Source: an uncultured bacterium (GTDB taxonomy: Bacteria; Krumholzibacteriota; Krumholzibacteriia; LZORAL124-64-63). From it: a stretch of DNA of 64,000 nucleotides. Made by a program: the position numbers and the translations under genes. The notes under the pieces are model-generated. The model was not told where the DNA came from, ran no database searches, and saw nothing but the letters and a program-made list of their open reading frames with translations. The stretch lies in NCBI GenBank assembly GCA_963727525.1, contig CAVSGO010000007.1, positions 1,184,001-1,248,000 on the forward strand. Direction: 5' to 3'. Below are positions 37,754 through 47,506 of the stretch, one piece after another; position 1 is the stretch's first letter, and each line of letters starts with the position of its first letter.

Positions 37754-39175
37754 TCACTCCGGGGCGTCGGGGCCAGGCCAGCGCCGCGCCAGTTCGTCGA
37801 TGAGTTTCTCCATGGCCGACGAGCGCGAACCCTTGACGAGGATGCGATCGCCCGGCGATGTCGCGGCGGCCAGTACGTCGGCCGCCCGGGCATGCGTCGC
37901 GCAATACTCGGCGATCCCGCCGCCCTCGTCAAACCCCGCGACGAGCGGCCGCGCCGCTTCGCCCACGGCCACCAGGCGGGCGATGCCGAGCGCCGCGAGG
38001 GCGTGTCCGGTCTCGTGGTGCAGTATCGCGCTCCGGTCGCCCAGCTCGCCCATCGCGCCCACGGCCGCCCAGGCGACGCCGCCCTGCAGGGTGAGGAGCG
38101 CCGCGGCGGCTCCGCGTAGACTCTCCGGGTTGGCATTGTAACAGTCATCGAGCAGCACGCGCCCGCCCAGGCGCCGCACATGGCCCCGGTGCGGCGACGG
38201 CGCGAAGGACGCCAGGCCGCGGGCGATCGCGGCGTCGTCGACGCCGGCGGCGCGCGCCGCGAGCACGGCGGCGGCGAGGTTGGCGGCGTTGTGCTCGCCC
38301 GGCAGCGGCACCGCCCAGGTGGTGTCGTCAAGGTGCAGCCAGCCGGCCGGTTCGCCGGCGCCCGGTTCCCAGCGCCAGCGATGATCGCCGCCGTCGCGGC
38401 CGAAGGTCACGACCGGCCCATGCGCCCGCTCCTGCCAGTCGGAAAAACCCGGACTGTCGTGGTTGAGGATGGCCACGCCGTCCGGCGGCAGCACGTCGAG
38501 CATCTCCCCCTTGCCGCGGATCACTCCGGCGAGGGAGCCGAAACCGGCCAGGTGCGCCGCCGCGGCGTTGGTGATGATGCCGATCGCCGGCTGCGCCAGG
38601 GCGCCGAGCGCAGCGATCTCGCCCACGGCGGACGCGCCCATCTCGACCACGGCGTAGCGGTGGGTGGCATTCAGGCCAAGGAGCGTGAGGGGCACCCCGA
38701 GATCGTTGTTCAGGTTGCGGGCCGTCGCGTGCACGGGCCCCGCCGCCGACAGGCAGGCAACGAGCAGATCCTTGGTCGTGGTCTTGCCGTTGGTGCCGGT
38801 GACGCCGATCACGTGCACCGTCGTCTGACGCGCGCGCCAGCACGCGGCCAGGCGGGCCAGCGCGGCGCGTGGCCGCGGGCTCACGAGCACGGTGCCGTGG
38901 TCGGGCAGCGTGGTGGGGTCGACCTCGTCCGAGAGCGCGCAGGCACCCGCCGCGAGCGCGCTCGCGATGAACGCGCGCCCGTCGACGTGCTCGCCCGGCA
39001 GCGCCACGAAGAGCACGTCGGTCGTGACCTGGCGCGAGTCGAGGACCGCGCCGGCGAAGGCTCCGCACAGCGCCGCGGCGTGCACCTCGCGACCACCGGC
39101 GAGGGCCCGCGACAGGAGCCCGGCTGCGGCCAGTTCGGTCGCGGCCTCTCGCAGGCGGTAGCGTGTCTCAGGCAT
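37754..39175 (-). CDS. murF: UDP-MurNAc-tripeptide--D-Ala-D-Ala ligase
   Basis: TGTNGKTTTKD, NLNNDLGVPLT, DDCYNANPES, KGSR. Confidence 0.96.
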   Translation of the reverse strand: MPETRYRLREAATELAAAGLLSRALAGGREVHAAALCGAFAGAVLDSRQVTTDVLFVALPGEHVDGRAFIASALAAGACALSDEVDPTTLPDHGTVLVSPRPRAALARLAACWRARQTTVHVIGVTGTNGKTTTKDLLVACLSAAGPVHATARNLNNDLGVPLTLLGLNATHRYAVVEMGASAVGEIAALGALAQPAIGIITNAAAAHLAGFGSLAGVIRGKGEMLDVLPPDGVAILNHDSPGFSDWQERAHGPVVTFGRDGGDHRWRWEPGAGEPAGWLHLDDTTWAVPLPGEHNAANLAAAVLAARAAGVDDAAIARGLASFAPSPHRGHVRRLGGRVLLDDCYNANPESLRGAAAALLTLQGGVAWAAVGAMGELGDRSAILHHETGHALAALGIARLVAVGEAARPLVAGFDEGGGIAEYCATHARAADVLAAATSPGDRILVKGSRSSAMEKLIDELARRWPGPDAPE

Positions 39176-40679
39176 GATTCTCGATCCAATCGGAGACGAC
39201 CTCGCGATCGTCCAGGTGCAGGCGGCGCGACGCGATGAGCTGGTAGTCCTCGTGGCCCTTGCCCGCGATGACGACGATGTCGTCCGCTGCCGCCGCCGCG
39301 AGGGCGGCCGCGATCGCGCTACGCCGGTCCAGTTCCACGACCCGTCCGCGCGCACGTGTCGATGACGCCGCATCGAAACCGGCGACGATCTCGGCCGCGA
39401 TGGCGGCCGGATCCTCGCTGCGCGGATTATCGGACGTGATCCAGACAAGATCGGCGAGTTCGGCGGCAACGCCGCCCATCAGCGGCCGCTTGCCGCGGTC
39501 GCGATCGCCCCCGCAGCCGAAGACCACGAGCAGCCGGCCGCGCGTCAGCTCGCGGCAGGTGGTGAGCACGGCCGCCAGCGCGTCGTGGGTGTGCGCGTAA
39601 TCGACCACCGCGAGCCCGCCGGCGGGCAGGACGAAGCGTTCGAGCCGACCGGGCACCTGCGGCATGTCGGCGAGGGCGTCGACGCAGGCGTCGGGCGCGT
39701 GGCCGAGCGCGAGTCCGGCGGCGAGGGCCGCGGCGAGATTTTCCACGTTGAACCGGCCGACCAGCGGGCTGCGCAGCGCGAGAGCCCGGCCACGCCAGTC
39801 GAGGCGCAGGGCGATGCCGCCGGCGTCCAGCCGGGCGTCGGTGACGCGCAGATCGGCGTCCACGTGGGAGCCGGTCGCGAAACGCACGACCTCGAGCCCT
39901 GTGGTGTCGAGAGCCGCGAACGCCGGGTCACCGGCGTTGATCACGGCCATGCCCGTTGCCTTGCCACGCCGCGGACCGTCGCGCAATAGTTCGAGGATCC
40001 GCGCTTTCGCCGCGAGGTAGCTCGCGAGGTCGTGGTGATAGTCGAGGTGGTCGCGACCGAGGTTCGTGAAGACCGCCACGTCGAGGGCCAGCTCGCCGGT
40101 GCGCTCCTGGTCGAGGGCGTGCGACGACACCTCCATCGCCGCGGCGCGGCAGCCGCCGGCGACCATGCGCCCGAGCCAGTGGAAGAGCACCGGGCCTCCC
40201 GGCGTGGTGAGCGGCGCAGGAAGCTGCGTGTGCCCATCATCGTAACGGATGGTGCCGAGCAGGCCGCACGGTCCCACCAGACTGGCCAGCATGTCTCGCA
40301 TGAGGAACGCCACGGTGGTCTTGCCGTTCGTACCGGTGACACCGGCGACAGTGAGCCGGGAGTCCGGTCGTCCCTCGCACTCGCGCGCCAGGCGGGCAGG
40401 CAACCCATGGGTGCTGGGGGCCACCACCCAGGCGGCGGGTTCGCGGTCGGTCAGGGACGACCGGACCTCCTCGTGACGGGCGGCGTCGATCGCCACGGCG
40501 GCCGCGCCCTGGGCAAGCGCAGCGTCCACGAAGCGATGACCGTCCCGTACTGCCACGAAGAGCGAGTCAGGACCTGCCTGACGGGAATCTTCGGTGACGC
40601 GGGCGATGGCCTCATCGGCTCGCCCGAAGATCTCGAGGTCTGGCCAGGGCGCGCACAGCGCATTCAACGCGCTGCCCAC
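39168..40679 (-). CDS. murE: UDP-MurNAc-dipeptide--meso-DAP ligase
   Basis: TGTNGKTT, MEVSSH, DHLDYH, DYAHT, DNPR (DAP-type), AGKGHE. Confidence 0.96.
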   Translation of the reverse strand: MGSALNALCAPWPDLEIFGRADEAIARVTEDSRQAGPDSLFVAVRDGHRFVDAALAQGAAAVAIDAARHEEVRSSLTDREPAAWVVAPSTHGLPARLARECEGRPDSRLTVAGVTGTNGKTTVAFLMRDMLASLVGPCGLLGTIRYDDGHTQLPAPLTTPGGPVLFHWLGRMVAGGCRAAAMEVSSHALDQERTGELALDVAVFTNLGRDHLDYHHDLASYLAAKARILELLRDGPRRGKATGMAVINAGDPAFAALDTTGLEVVRFATGSHVDADLRVTDARLDAGGIALRLDWRGRALALRSPLVGRFNVENLAAALAAGLALGHAPDACVDALADMPQVPGRLERFVLPAGGLAVVDYAHTHDALAAVLTTCRELTRGRLLVVFGCGGDRDRGKRPLMGGVAAELADLVWITSDNPRSEDPAAIAAEIVAGFDAASSTRARGRVVELDRRSAIAAALAAAAADDIVVIAGKGHEDYQLIASRRLHLDDREVVSDWIENHA

Positions 40680-42769
40680 GTCGACTCCATCGTCACGACC
40701 AGTCCGTCGGACGGCAGCGGTTCGCCCGCAGCCGGCGCCTGCGACACCACGTAGCCCACGCCGTCGATGCGCACGGCGATGCCGAGTCGCGCGGCGAGGG
40801 CCTGCACCTGGCGGTTGCTCAGTCCGCCGAGATCGGGGCACACGGCCGCCGTCTGGGGCGCCACGGTCGTGCCGCGCACCGTCAGCACCACGGTGCTGCC
40901 GGTTGCGATGCGGGTGCCCGGTGCTGGAACCTGCTGCAGGACGATGCCGTTCTTGTCGGCGCCGTCCACCAGCAGGCCGGCGGCGACGAGCCGCGCCGTG
41001 GCGACCGGGCTACTCAGATAGAGCACGTCGGGGACGGTGAGCCGCGCGCCAGGCGGATCCATGGCCAGGCGGACGCTCCCACGGTCGAGATCGGTGAGCC
41101 AATCGGTGCTGCGGCGGATCTCCTGCACCACCTGGCCGAAGAGCGGCACGGCGCTCTGGGCCGCGTAGTGATGCCAGCCCCGCGGCTCGTCCAGCACGGT
41201 GAGGATCACGAGACGGGGGGCGTCCCATGGCACGATTCCCGCGAACGTGGCCACGTACTTGTTCGGCGCGTAGCCGCGGCCGTCGACGCTCTTCTGCGCC
41301 GTGCCCGTCTTGCCGCCGAGGGCGATCCAGTCCCGTTGCGCGGCCACGCCGGTGCCCGACGACACGACGCGCGCCATCGCCGTGCGCAGCGTGCGTGCCA
41401 GTGCCGGCGGCATCACCATGCGCAGCGGCGTGGGCGGACAATGGCGCACGAGACTGCCGTCCTGATCGCGAATCTCGCGCACGAGGCGTGGCGCGAAGAG
41501 CGTGCCTCCGTTCGCCACCGCCGCCACGGCCAGGCCGAGTTGCAGGGGCGTGACGGCCACCTCCTGACCGATCGCCATCGTCGCCTGCGACCGTCCCGAC
41601 CACTGCGCAGGCGCATGCAGCAGCCCGGCCGGTTCGACCGGGTAGGGCGCGTTCGTGCGCTGGCCGAACCCGAAGGTCTGCAGGTCGCGGTAGAACTCGC
41701 GTGGTGTGAGGTTGGCCACGGCCCGTGCGAAGAACACGTTGCTCGACTTCGCAAAGGCGTCCATGAAGCTGGTGCGACCGAACTCGTGGCCATCCGCCTC
41801 GCGGATGACGAAGCGGTCGAAGTGGCCGTCGGCGCAGTCGATCGTGGTGGCCGTGTCGATGGCGCCTGCTCCGAGCAGCGAGGCGGCGGTGAAGATCTTG
41901 AAGACCGAGCCCGGCTCGTACTGGAAGCTGAAGTTGCGGTTGTTCCACATCGCCGCATCCGTCACGCGTGCGGTGCGGTCGGCCAGGGTGGGCCAACTCG
42001 CTGCGGCCAGCACGTCGCCGCAGCTCGGATCGATGATGAGCACCGAACCACCGGCTGCGCCGTACTCGCTGACCGCGCGGGTGAGCTGCGACTCGCAGAT
42101 CTCCTGCAGGTCCGCATCGATCGTCAGCTCGACGTCGTGACCGTGTACCGCCGGCGTGACCACCACGTCACCGAGGTTGCGGCGCGGATCGGCTGAACGC
42201 AGACGGATCGCGCGTCCGGGTTGACCGGCCAGCAGCGCGTCGAGGCCGCACTCGAGGCCAGCGGTGCGCTCGTCGCCCCGGGAATCCTGGTGGTAGAAGC
42301 CGATGAGAGACGCCCCGACACCATCCAGCGGATACACGCGCGCGCTGCCCTCGTCGATGGTGATCGCGGGAAAGCGGCGCAACGCCTCCTGCTGCGCAGG
42401 CTCGAGGAACGCATCGCGCCGCAGCGGCAAGAACGCGCCATGCGCCTTCGTGATACGCCGCGCGAGCGCCGCCGGATCCATCCCGACCACAGGGCCGAGC
42501 ACCCTGGCGAGCGGCAGCGGATCCTCCACTCGACTCGTGGCGACGCCCAGGGTCGTGGCCGTGACCGACAGCGCGAGGGGCCGCCCGTGGCGATCGAAGA
42601 TGTCGCCGCGGCGCGGCGCCAGCGTGTGGGCCTTCACCCACTGCGCATCGGCCAGCTCGCGGTAGTTCGTGTGTTCGAGGACCTGGACCTGGATGAGGCG
42701 CGCCACGAGGAGGAGCCCGCCGAGCAGCACGAGTCCGCGGGCCACGCCGAATCGCGCGCGTGTGGTCAT
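40664..42769 (-). CDS. ftsI: Class B penicillin-binding protein FtsI with PASTA domains
   Basis: RGDIFDR, EPGSVFK, SSN, KTGT, C-terminal PASTA-like repeats. Confidence 0.93.
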   Translation of the reverse strand: MTTRARFGVARGLVLLGGLLLVARLIQVQVLEHTNYRELADAQWVKAHTLAPRRGDIFDRHGRPLALSVTATTLGVATSRVEDPLPLARVLGPVVGMDPAALARRITKAHGAFLPLRRDAFLEPAQQEALRRFPAITIDEGSARVYPLDGVGASLIGFYHQDSRGDERTAGLECGLDALLAGQPGRAIRLRSADPRRNLGDVVVTPAVHGHDVELTIDADLQEICESQLTRAVSEYGAAGGSVLIIDPSCGDVLAAASWPTLADRTARVTDAAMWNNRNFSFQYEPGSVFKIFTAASLLGAGAIDTATTIDCADGHFDRFVIREADGHEFGRTSFMDAFAKSSNVFFARAVANLTPREFYRDLQTFGFGQRTNAPYPVEPAGLLHAPAQWSGRSQATMAIGQEVAVTPLQLGLAVAAVANGGTLFAPRLVREIRDQDGSLVRHCPPTPLRMVMPPALARTLRTAMARVVSSGTGVAAQRDWIALGGKTGTAQKSVDGRGYAPNKYVATFAGIVPWDAPRLVILTVLDEPRGWHHYAAQSAVPLFGQVVQEIRRSTDWLTDLDRGSVRLAMDPPGARLTVPDVLYLSSPVATARLVAAGLLVDGADKNGIVLQQVPAPGTRIATGSTVVLTVRGTTVAPQTAAVCPDLGGLSNRQVQALAARLGIAVRIDGVGYVVSQAPAAGEPLPSDGLVVTMESTWAAR

Positions 42770-43218
42770 GGCCGCTCCACCCCTGCGGTGGCGGCCGCGA
42801 CAGCATCACCGCCGCCGACGTTGCGCAGTACGCGTCGCCACAGATGACCACCACCATGGTGGTTAGGCGTGACCATGACCAGGACCTGCCCCGGGTCGTC
42901 GGGATTGATCATACCCAGCTCGCGGCACGCACGGTCGACCACGACGAGGCGCGACGATGTCTCGTTCCAGCGCGCGGTGAGCACCGCATGCCGGGTGATG
43001 AGCGCGGTACGCTCGCGGGTGAGCGCGCCGATCTCGCTGCGCGCGCGCGTGACCTGGTTGCCGAGAAAGATCGCCGCGGCGAGACCGGCCACGACGAGCA
43101 TCCCGGCGATGACGCCGCACATCACGGGGCGGCCGAGGGTGGCCCGTCGCCGCGCCATCGTGCGCGGGATCTGGCGGGTGGCACCGGTGAAGAGCCCGGC
43201 GACGGTCTGGGTGGTCAC
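42766..43218 (-). CDS. ftsL: FtsL-like cell division protein
   Basis: One TM plus coiled coil, A..ELGM; located between rsmH and ftsI with 4-nt overlaps. Confidence 0.7.
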   Translation of the reverse strand: MTTQTVAGLFTGATRQIPRTMARRRATLGRPVMCGVIAGMLVVAGLAAAIFLGNQVTRARSEIGALTRERTALITRHAVLTARWNETSSRLVVVDRACRELGMINPDDPGQVLVMVTPNHHGGGHLWRRVLRNVGGGDAVAAATAGVERP

Positions 43219-44159
43219 GGCGAGCTCCTTGCGGCCGGGGCCAGAACGCGAACCGCGCGCAGCTTGGCGCTGCGCGCGCGTGGATTTTCGGCGATCTCCG
43301 CCGCACCGGGTGTCACGGGGCGGCGCGTGAGCGGCTCGAGCGTGCGCGTGTGTCCGCAGATGCACACCGGCACCGACGGTGGGCACAGACAGTCGCGCCG
43401 CTCGCGATCGATCCAGCGCTTGACGATGCGATCCTCGAGCGAGTGGTAGGCGATGACGACGACGCGCGCGCCGCCGCCAAGCAGCGCGGGCAGGGCATCG
43501 AGGGTGTCGGCGAGGGCCCCCAGCTCGTCGTTGACGGCGATGCGCAGGGCCTGGAACACGCGGCTGAGCACGGCGTTGACGGGCGCCCCCCTGGGGAGCG
43601 CCGTGGTCACGACCTCGCGCAACTGCGCCGTGGTGCGGATCGGCTCCGTCCGACCCGCACCCTTGATGGCCCTTGCCAGTGGCCGCGCTCCGCGCTCCTC
43701 TCCGTATTCTTGCAGGATCCTGGTGAGTGCCATCTCGTCCAGTTCCTCGAGCAGAGCGTGAGCGGGCTGGCCTCGATGCTGGTGGAAGCGCAAGTCCAGC
43801 GGGCCGTCGGCGCGATACGTGAACCCCTTCGTGGGATCGTCGAGCTGCCGCGAGCTGACACCCAGATCCAGCAACAGACCATCCGCACCCTGCCAGTGCG
43901 TATCCGCCAGCGCCTGCGCGATCTGGCGGAAACTCCCATGCCAGCAGTTCAGCCCGGAGCGGTCGGCCGAGATCCGTCTGCATGACGCGACCGCTTCCTC
44001 GTCGAGGTCCAGTCCCAGGACGGTGGCTCCGGCGTCCAGCAGCGCCTGGCTGTGCCCGCCGAATCCGAAGGTCCCGTCGACGATCCGCTTGCCCGGTCCC
44101 GGCTCGAGCCAGCCGAGGACCTCATCCGTGAGCACCGGGACATGCAGCGGCTCGTTCAT
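43215..44159 (-). CDS. rsmH: 16S rRNA m4C1402 methyltransferase
   Basis: HVPVL, DGTFGFGGHS, DLGVSS.QLD, FQALRIAVNDEL, YHSLEDR, NPRARSAKLR. Confidence 0.97.
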   Translation of the reverse strand: MNEPLHVPVLTDEVLGWLEPGPGKRIVDGTFGFGGHSQALLDAGATVLGLDLDEEAVASCRRISADRSGLNCWHGSFRQIAQALADTHWQGADGLLLDLGVSSRQLDDPTKGFTYRADGPLDLRFHQHRGQPAHALLEELDEMALTRILQEYGEERGARPLARAIKGAGRTEPIRTTAQLREVVTTALPRGAPVNAVLSRVFQALRIAVNDELGALADTLDALPALLGGGARVVVIAYHSLEDRIVKRWIDRERRDCLCPPSVPVCICGHTRTLEPLTRRPVTPGAAEIAENPRARSAKLRAVRVLAPAARSSP

Positions 44160-44560
44160 GCCGACTGGACGGGCTGAGTGCCTGCCACCACCTTCCAACC
44201 TTGCGGCAACCACGTGCCGCGCTCGAGTTCGCGATCCCAGTCCTCCATGGCCAGGATCGCATCGAGATACGCGCTCCAACCGACGAGCCGCAGGCAGTGG
44301 CCGAAGGACCGGAGGCCCCGGCTCCAGCGGATCAGCGGCGAGACGCAGCGGTAGTCCATGTGCAGGAGACGCCGGCCGTCAAACACGAGCTGGCAGCTGC
44401 GCGCTGGCAACGCCAGGCTCACCTGGCGCATCAATTCCTGACAACCGTCACGATCGAGGATGCCGGCGAGGGAAACCCGGACCAGGTCGCCACGCTGATT
44501 GATGCGAAACACGAGAGCCCCTGCCTTCGCAGCGGCCGGCCGGATCTCACCTCGCGGCAT
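44156..44560 (-). CDS. STAS-like small protein (134 aa)
   Basis: VRVSLAGILD...LVFDGRRLLHMD...LRLVG.S..L..IL pattern; RBS GGAAGGAG; ATGA overlap with rsmH. Confidence 0.65.
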   Translation of the reverse strand: MPRGEIRPAAAKAGALVFRINQRGDLVRVSLAGILDRDGCQELMRQVSLALPARSCQLVFDGRRLLHMDYRCVSPLIRWSRGLRSFGHCLRLVGWSAYLDAILAMEDWDRELERGTWLPQGWKVVAGTQPVQSA

Positions 44561-44598
44561 GTGGGCTCCTTCCCATGACGTCACCCCTCCATGGGCGA

Positions 44599-45048
44599 TC
44601 AACCGAAGAACGTATCCAGGTGCGCGGACGCCGGCGCGCCCAGCGTGGCCTCGACGATGGCGTAGCGCTCCGGATCCCAGAGCTCGATGTAGTGCCCCAT
44701 GCCGATGCACAGGACGCGGCCCGTCACGCCGACGGTCTGCAACAACTCGTTGGGCACCGCCACGCGCCCCTGGCTGTCGGGCACGATCAGCTGGCTCACC
44801 TTGCTGAGTCCGCGCAGCACCATGCGCTTGTCGCGTCCCGCCTCGCCCGTCTGCGCCACCTTGTCGAAGGCCGCGACGAAGGCATCCCGGGGCATGAGAT
44901 TCAGCGATCCATCGGGTCCCTTGGTGATCACGAATCCGTCGTCCTTTGCGGCCTTCGCACCCCGGCGCAGCTTGAACGGCAGGTTGAACCGCCCCTTGGG
45001 GTCCACCGCGCGCTCGTAGGAGCCGAAGTATGTGGATTCGCTCATCAT
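44599..45048 (-). CDS. mraZ: Division/cell wall cluster repressor MraZ
   Basis: FGSYERAVDPKGR..LP, DSQGRV.VP, GMG.YIELW. Confidence 0.93.
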   Translation of the reverse strand: MMSESTYFGSYERAVDPKGRFNLPFKLRRGAKAAKDDGFVITKGPDGSLNLMPRDAFVAAFDKVAQTGEAGRDKRMVLRGLSKVSQLIVPDSQGRVAVPNELLQTVGVTGRVLCIGMGHYIELWDPERYAIVEATLGAPASAHLDTFFG

Positions 45049-45061
45049 CGAAACCTGTTTT

Positions 45062-45097
45062 CACCAATCTTCACCATAAGACCCCACTGCCAACCAC
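45062..45097 (-). promoter_or_regulatory. MraZ operator direct repeats
   Basis: GTGGTT / GTGGGG / ATGGTG / TTGGTG at exact 10-bp period between promoter and start. Confidence 0.75.
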
Positions 45098-45100
45098 TGG

Positions 45101-45129
45101 ACTGTAGTTCTTCCCCACCACAAAGTCAA
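45101..45129 (-). promoter_or_regulatory. sigma70 promoter of the dcw operon
   Basis: TTGACT-N17-TACAGT. Confidence 0.75.
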
Positions 45130-45140
45130 TAGGCTCGCGC

Positions 45141-45172
45141 AAAAAAAAGTGCGGTCCCTGTCCAGGGACCGC
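45141..45172 (-). terminator. Rho-independent terminator ending the glycosylation operon
   Basis: GCGGTCCCT-N4-AGGGACCGC then T8 on the minus strand. Confidence 0.85.
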
Positions 45173-45183
45173 GATTCCGTCGC

Positions 45184-45208
45184 AAGATATTGTCCGATAA
45201 CGAATTAT
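45184..45208. promoter_or_regulatory. IHF-like site
   Basis: AAGATATTGTCCGATAACGAATTAT. Confidence 0.4.
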
Positions 45209-45212
45209 AACG

Positions 45213-46505
45213 TCAGAGCTTCAGGTCCCCCATCCGTGGTACCAGCAGATCGCGCCATGGCGCTTGCGTCACCGACCGGAAACGCACCAGCATGATCGTG
45301 CTACCGACGGCGTAGGCCACGCTCGACGCCCAGGCGGCCCCCACGGCGCCATGGGTCGGGATCCAGGCCAGACAGAGGGCAACGTTGGCCGCCACCGTCG
45401 CGGCGCTGGCCTGGGTATTCCAGCCCGACCGGCCGCGGCCGATGAAATCGCCCGCCAGCACCGCCCCCGGGGCGAAGCAGACGATGCCAGGCAGCAATGC
45501 GCGCAGAGGCGCGGCCGACGCCGCGTAACTGCCACGAAAGAGCCACCCGAACACGGGTCCAGCGAGCAACGCCACGAACACCGCCCCCACGGCCGTGAGC
45601 GTCAAGCCCAGGCGCACCGCGCGCGCGGCCGTGGCGTCGCGCACGTGCGGATCGCCGACGTCGGCCGAGGAATGCACGAGGAACGGATTGAGCGCCTCGG
45701 GCAGCATCCAGAGCATCTCCCCCGCCCACACCGCCACGCTATAGATCCCCACCGCCGCCGCGCCGTGATCGAACTCGAGGAAGCCCTGGTCCACGCGCAG
45801 GAGCAGGAGATACGCCACCGCCGAAAGCTGACCGAGCCAGCCGTGGCGCAGACACCAGCCCACGAGGCGCGGGATCGACGGCGCCGACGCGAACTCCGCA
45901 CGCCCGGACAGCGCGCGTACGGCGAGGATCGCGAGGGCGACCGCCGCCCCCACCTGCACCGCGGCGTACACGCCGATCGCCCCCCGCAGGTTGAGCGAAC
46001 CGACGAGGACGAGGACCGCCACACCAGCGAGCTGGGCGATGGCGCGGCCGGCGTTCACGATGGTGCCGGTCACGAGCCGACCGGTGGCCAGCAGGTCGTA
46101 GGTATGGATATCGAAGGCCACCAGTGCCAGCGTGGCCGCGGCCGTGGCGACGAGGCCGAAGCGATCCCACCCCAGGTGCCGCGTGATCCCGGACCAGGCG
46201 TGCCCCCGCTGCACGGCGAGCACGACCGCGGCGAGCACGAGTGCCAGCAGTCCGAGCCAGCACGCCTGCGCCACGAGCAGGCGCCGCGCGGGAAGCGTGC
46301 GCTGGCGTAGCGGCGGCACGGCGGCCAGGCCCATGCCGCCGTTGAGCAGGGCGGCGACGACCATGGCCACCATCATCGTGAGGCTGAAGTATCCCTGCCC
46401 CGCGGGACCGAGATGGCCCGCGAGCAGAACCACGACGAGTGCGCCCGCCGCCTTCTGCACGATGCGCCAGACGACGATGCGCGAACCCGTGCCGACCATT
46501 GTCAC
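45213..46505 (-). CDS. Oligosaccharide flippase (Wzx/MOP family)
   Basis: About 12 TMs, LGPAGQGYF, RVDQ, VGIYSVA, IP.HGAVGAAWASSVAY. Confidence 0.85.
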   Translation of the reverse strand: MTMVGTGSRIVVWRIVQKAAGALVVVLLAGHLGPAGQGYFSLTMMVAMVVAALLNGGMGLAAVPPLRQRTLPARRLLVAQACWLGLLALVLAAVVLAVQRGHAWSGITRHLGWDRFGLVATAAATLALVAFDIHTYDLLATGRLVTGTIVNAGRAIAQLAGVAVLVLVGSLNLRGAIGVYAAVQVGAAVALAILAVRALSGRAEFASAPSIPRLVGWCLRHGWLGQLSAVAYLLLLRVDQGFLEFDHGAAAVGIYSVAVWAGEMLWMLPEALNPFLVHSSADVGDPHVRDATAARAVRLGLTLTAVGAVFVALLAGPVFGWLFRGSYAASAAPLRALLPGIVCFAPGAVLAGDFIGRGRSGWNTQASAATVAANVALCLAWIPTHGAVGAAWASSVAYAVGSTIMLVRFRSVTQAPWRDLLVPRMGDLKL

Positions 46506-47506
46506 GGCCCACCCCGCAGCGTCCGCCGCATCGCCGCCGCCACGGTCCACAGCGGATGCGAGCGGCGGAGCTGGCAACGCACCTCCTCGGCCGCCCCCAT
46601 CAGGCGCTTGAACTGCCGCAGGCCGGTGCGCCCCGCGTAGCCGCCGAAGTCAAGGACCCGCGCGCCGCGTGCACATCCCTCGACGATGTCCTGCCAGTAG
46701 AGCAGGGTCGAGGGAAAGACCTCGCGCGCCAGATCCGGACGGCTCGCGCCGTAGAGCGCCGCGACGCGGTCGCGCCAGGCGATGCAGAAATGGCCGCCGA
46801 CGATCACTCCCCGCCGCCGCACCAGGGCGAAGAACGCGTGCTGTGAACGCTCGCGCAACAGGGCCTGCATGAACTCGAGCGGCACCGGCGCCTGCGCCCA
46901 GCTGGCGGCCACGTCCAGATAGATGGCATACCAGGCGGCGACGTCGTCGGGATCGGTGCTCGTGTGCAGTGTGCAGCCGCGTTTCAGCCCGCGATTGCGT
47001 TCGTTGCGGCGGTTATTCGAGAGCACGGTGCGCTCGATGTGGGCGAGGCCGCCCGAGAGATCGATCACGGCGGTAGCCACGTCTTCCCGTTGCCAGCCGG
47101 ACGCCGCCGGCACGAGCGCCGACTGCGCCGCACTCAGCGTCACCGCGGCGGTGATCGTGCGGCCGCGCACACTCGCGCCGCAGGCGTCGAGAAGGGCCCC
47201 GGCCACGCGCCTCCGTTCGGCCGGCGTCAGGTCGTCGCTCACCTGGGGGCCGGCCGGACTGCCCTCGAGGCCGCTCTCGAGCCGATCGAAACCGTGGCGA
47301 CGGCGGCTGAGCGCCACCAGCCCGCCCACGAGAGCGCCCTCGCGGTGGGCCGCCCACCAGCGCTGCGCGGCATGCGGGTAGTACCGGGCCGCGGCGTCGT
47401 TCCACCATGCGGACGCGGCGAAGTCGGTCGCCGCGACACCGTCGAGCCACGCATCCCAGCCCGCGGGCGCCGTACCGCCGCTCGTGACCGTGATCACCGC
47501 AGGCAT
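46502..47506 (-). CDS. GNAT/FemAB-like acyltransferase
   Basis: RRNERNRGLKRG, YGAS, LLYWQ.I, LDFGG...GLRQFK.LMGA. Confidence 0.8.
   Translation of the reverse strand: MPAVITVTSGGTAPAGWDAWLDGVAATDFAASAWWNDAAARYYPHAAQRWWAAHREGALVGGLVALSRRRHGFDRLESGLEGSPAGPQVSDDLTPAERRRVAGALLDACGASVRGRTITAAVTLSAAQSALVPAASGWQREDVATAVIDLSGGLAHIERTVLSNNRRNERNRGLKRGCTLHTSTDPDDVAAWYAIYLDVAASWAQAPVPLEFMQALLRERSQHAFFALVRRRGVIVGGHFCIAWRDRVAALYGASRPDLAREVFPSTLLYWQDIVEGCARGARVLDFGGYAGRTGLRQFKRLMGAAEEVRCQLRRSHPLWTVAAAMRRTLRGGP

Noticed and set aside
44561-45067. 303-aa ORF overlapping mraZ as a possible MraZ-STAS frameshift fusion
   Set aside because: mraZ has a proper stop and the STAS gene has its own RBS; no slippery site seen
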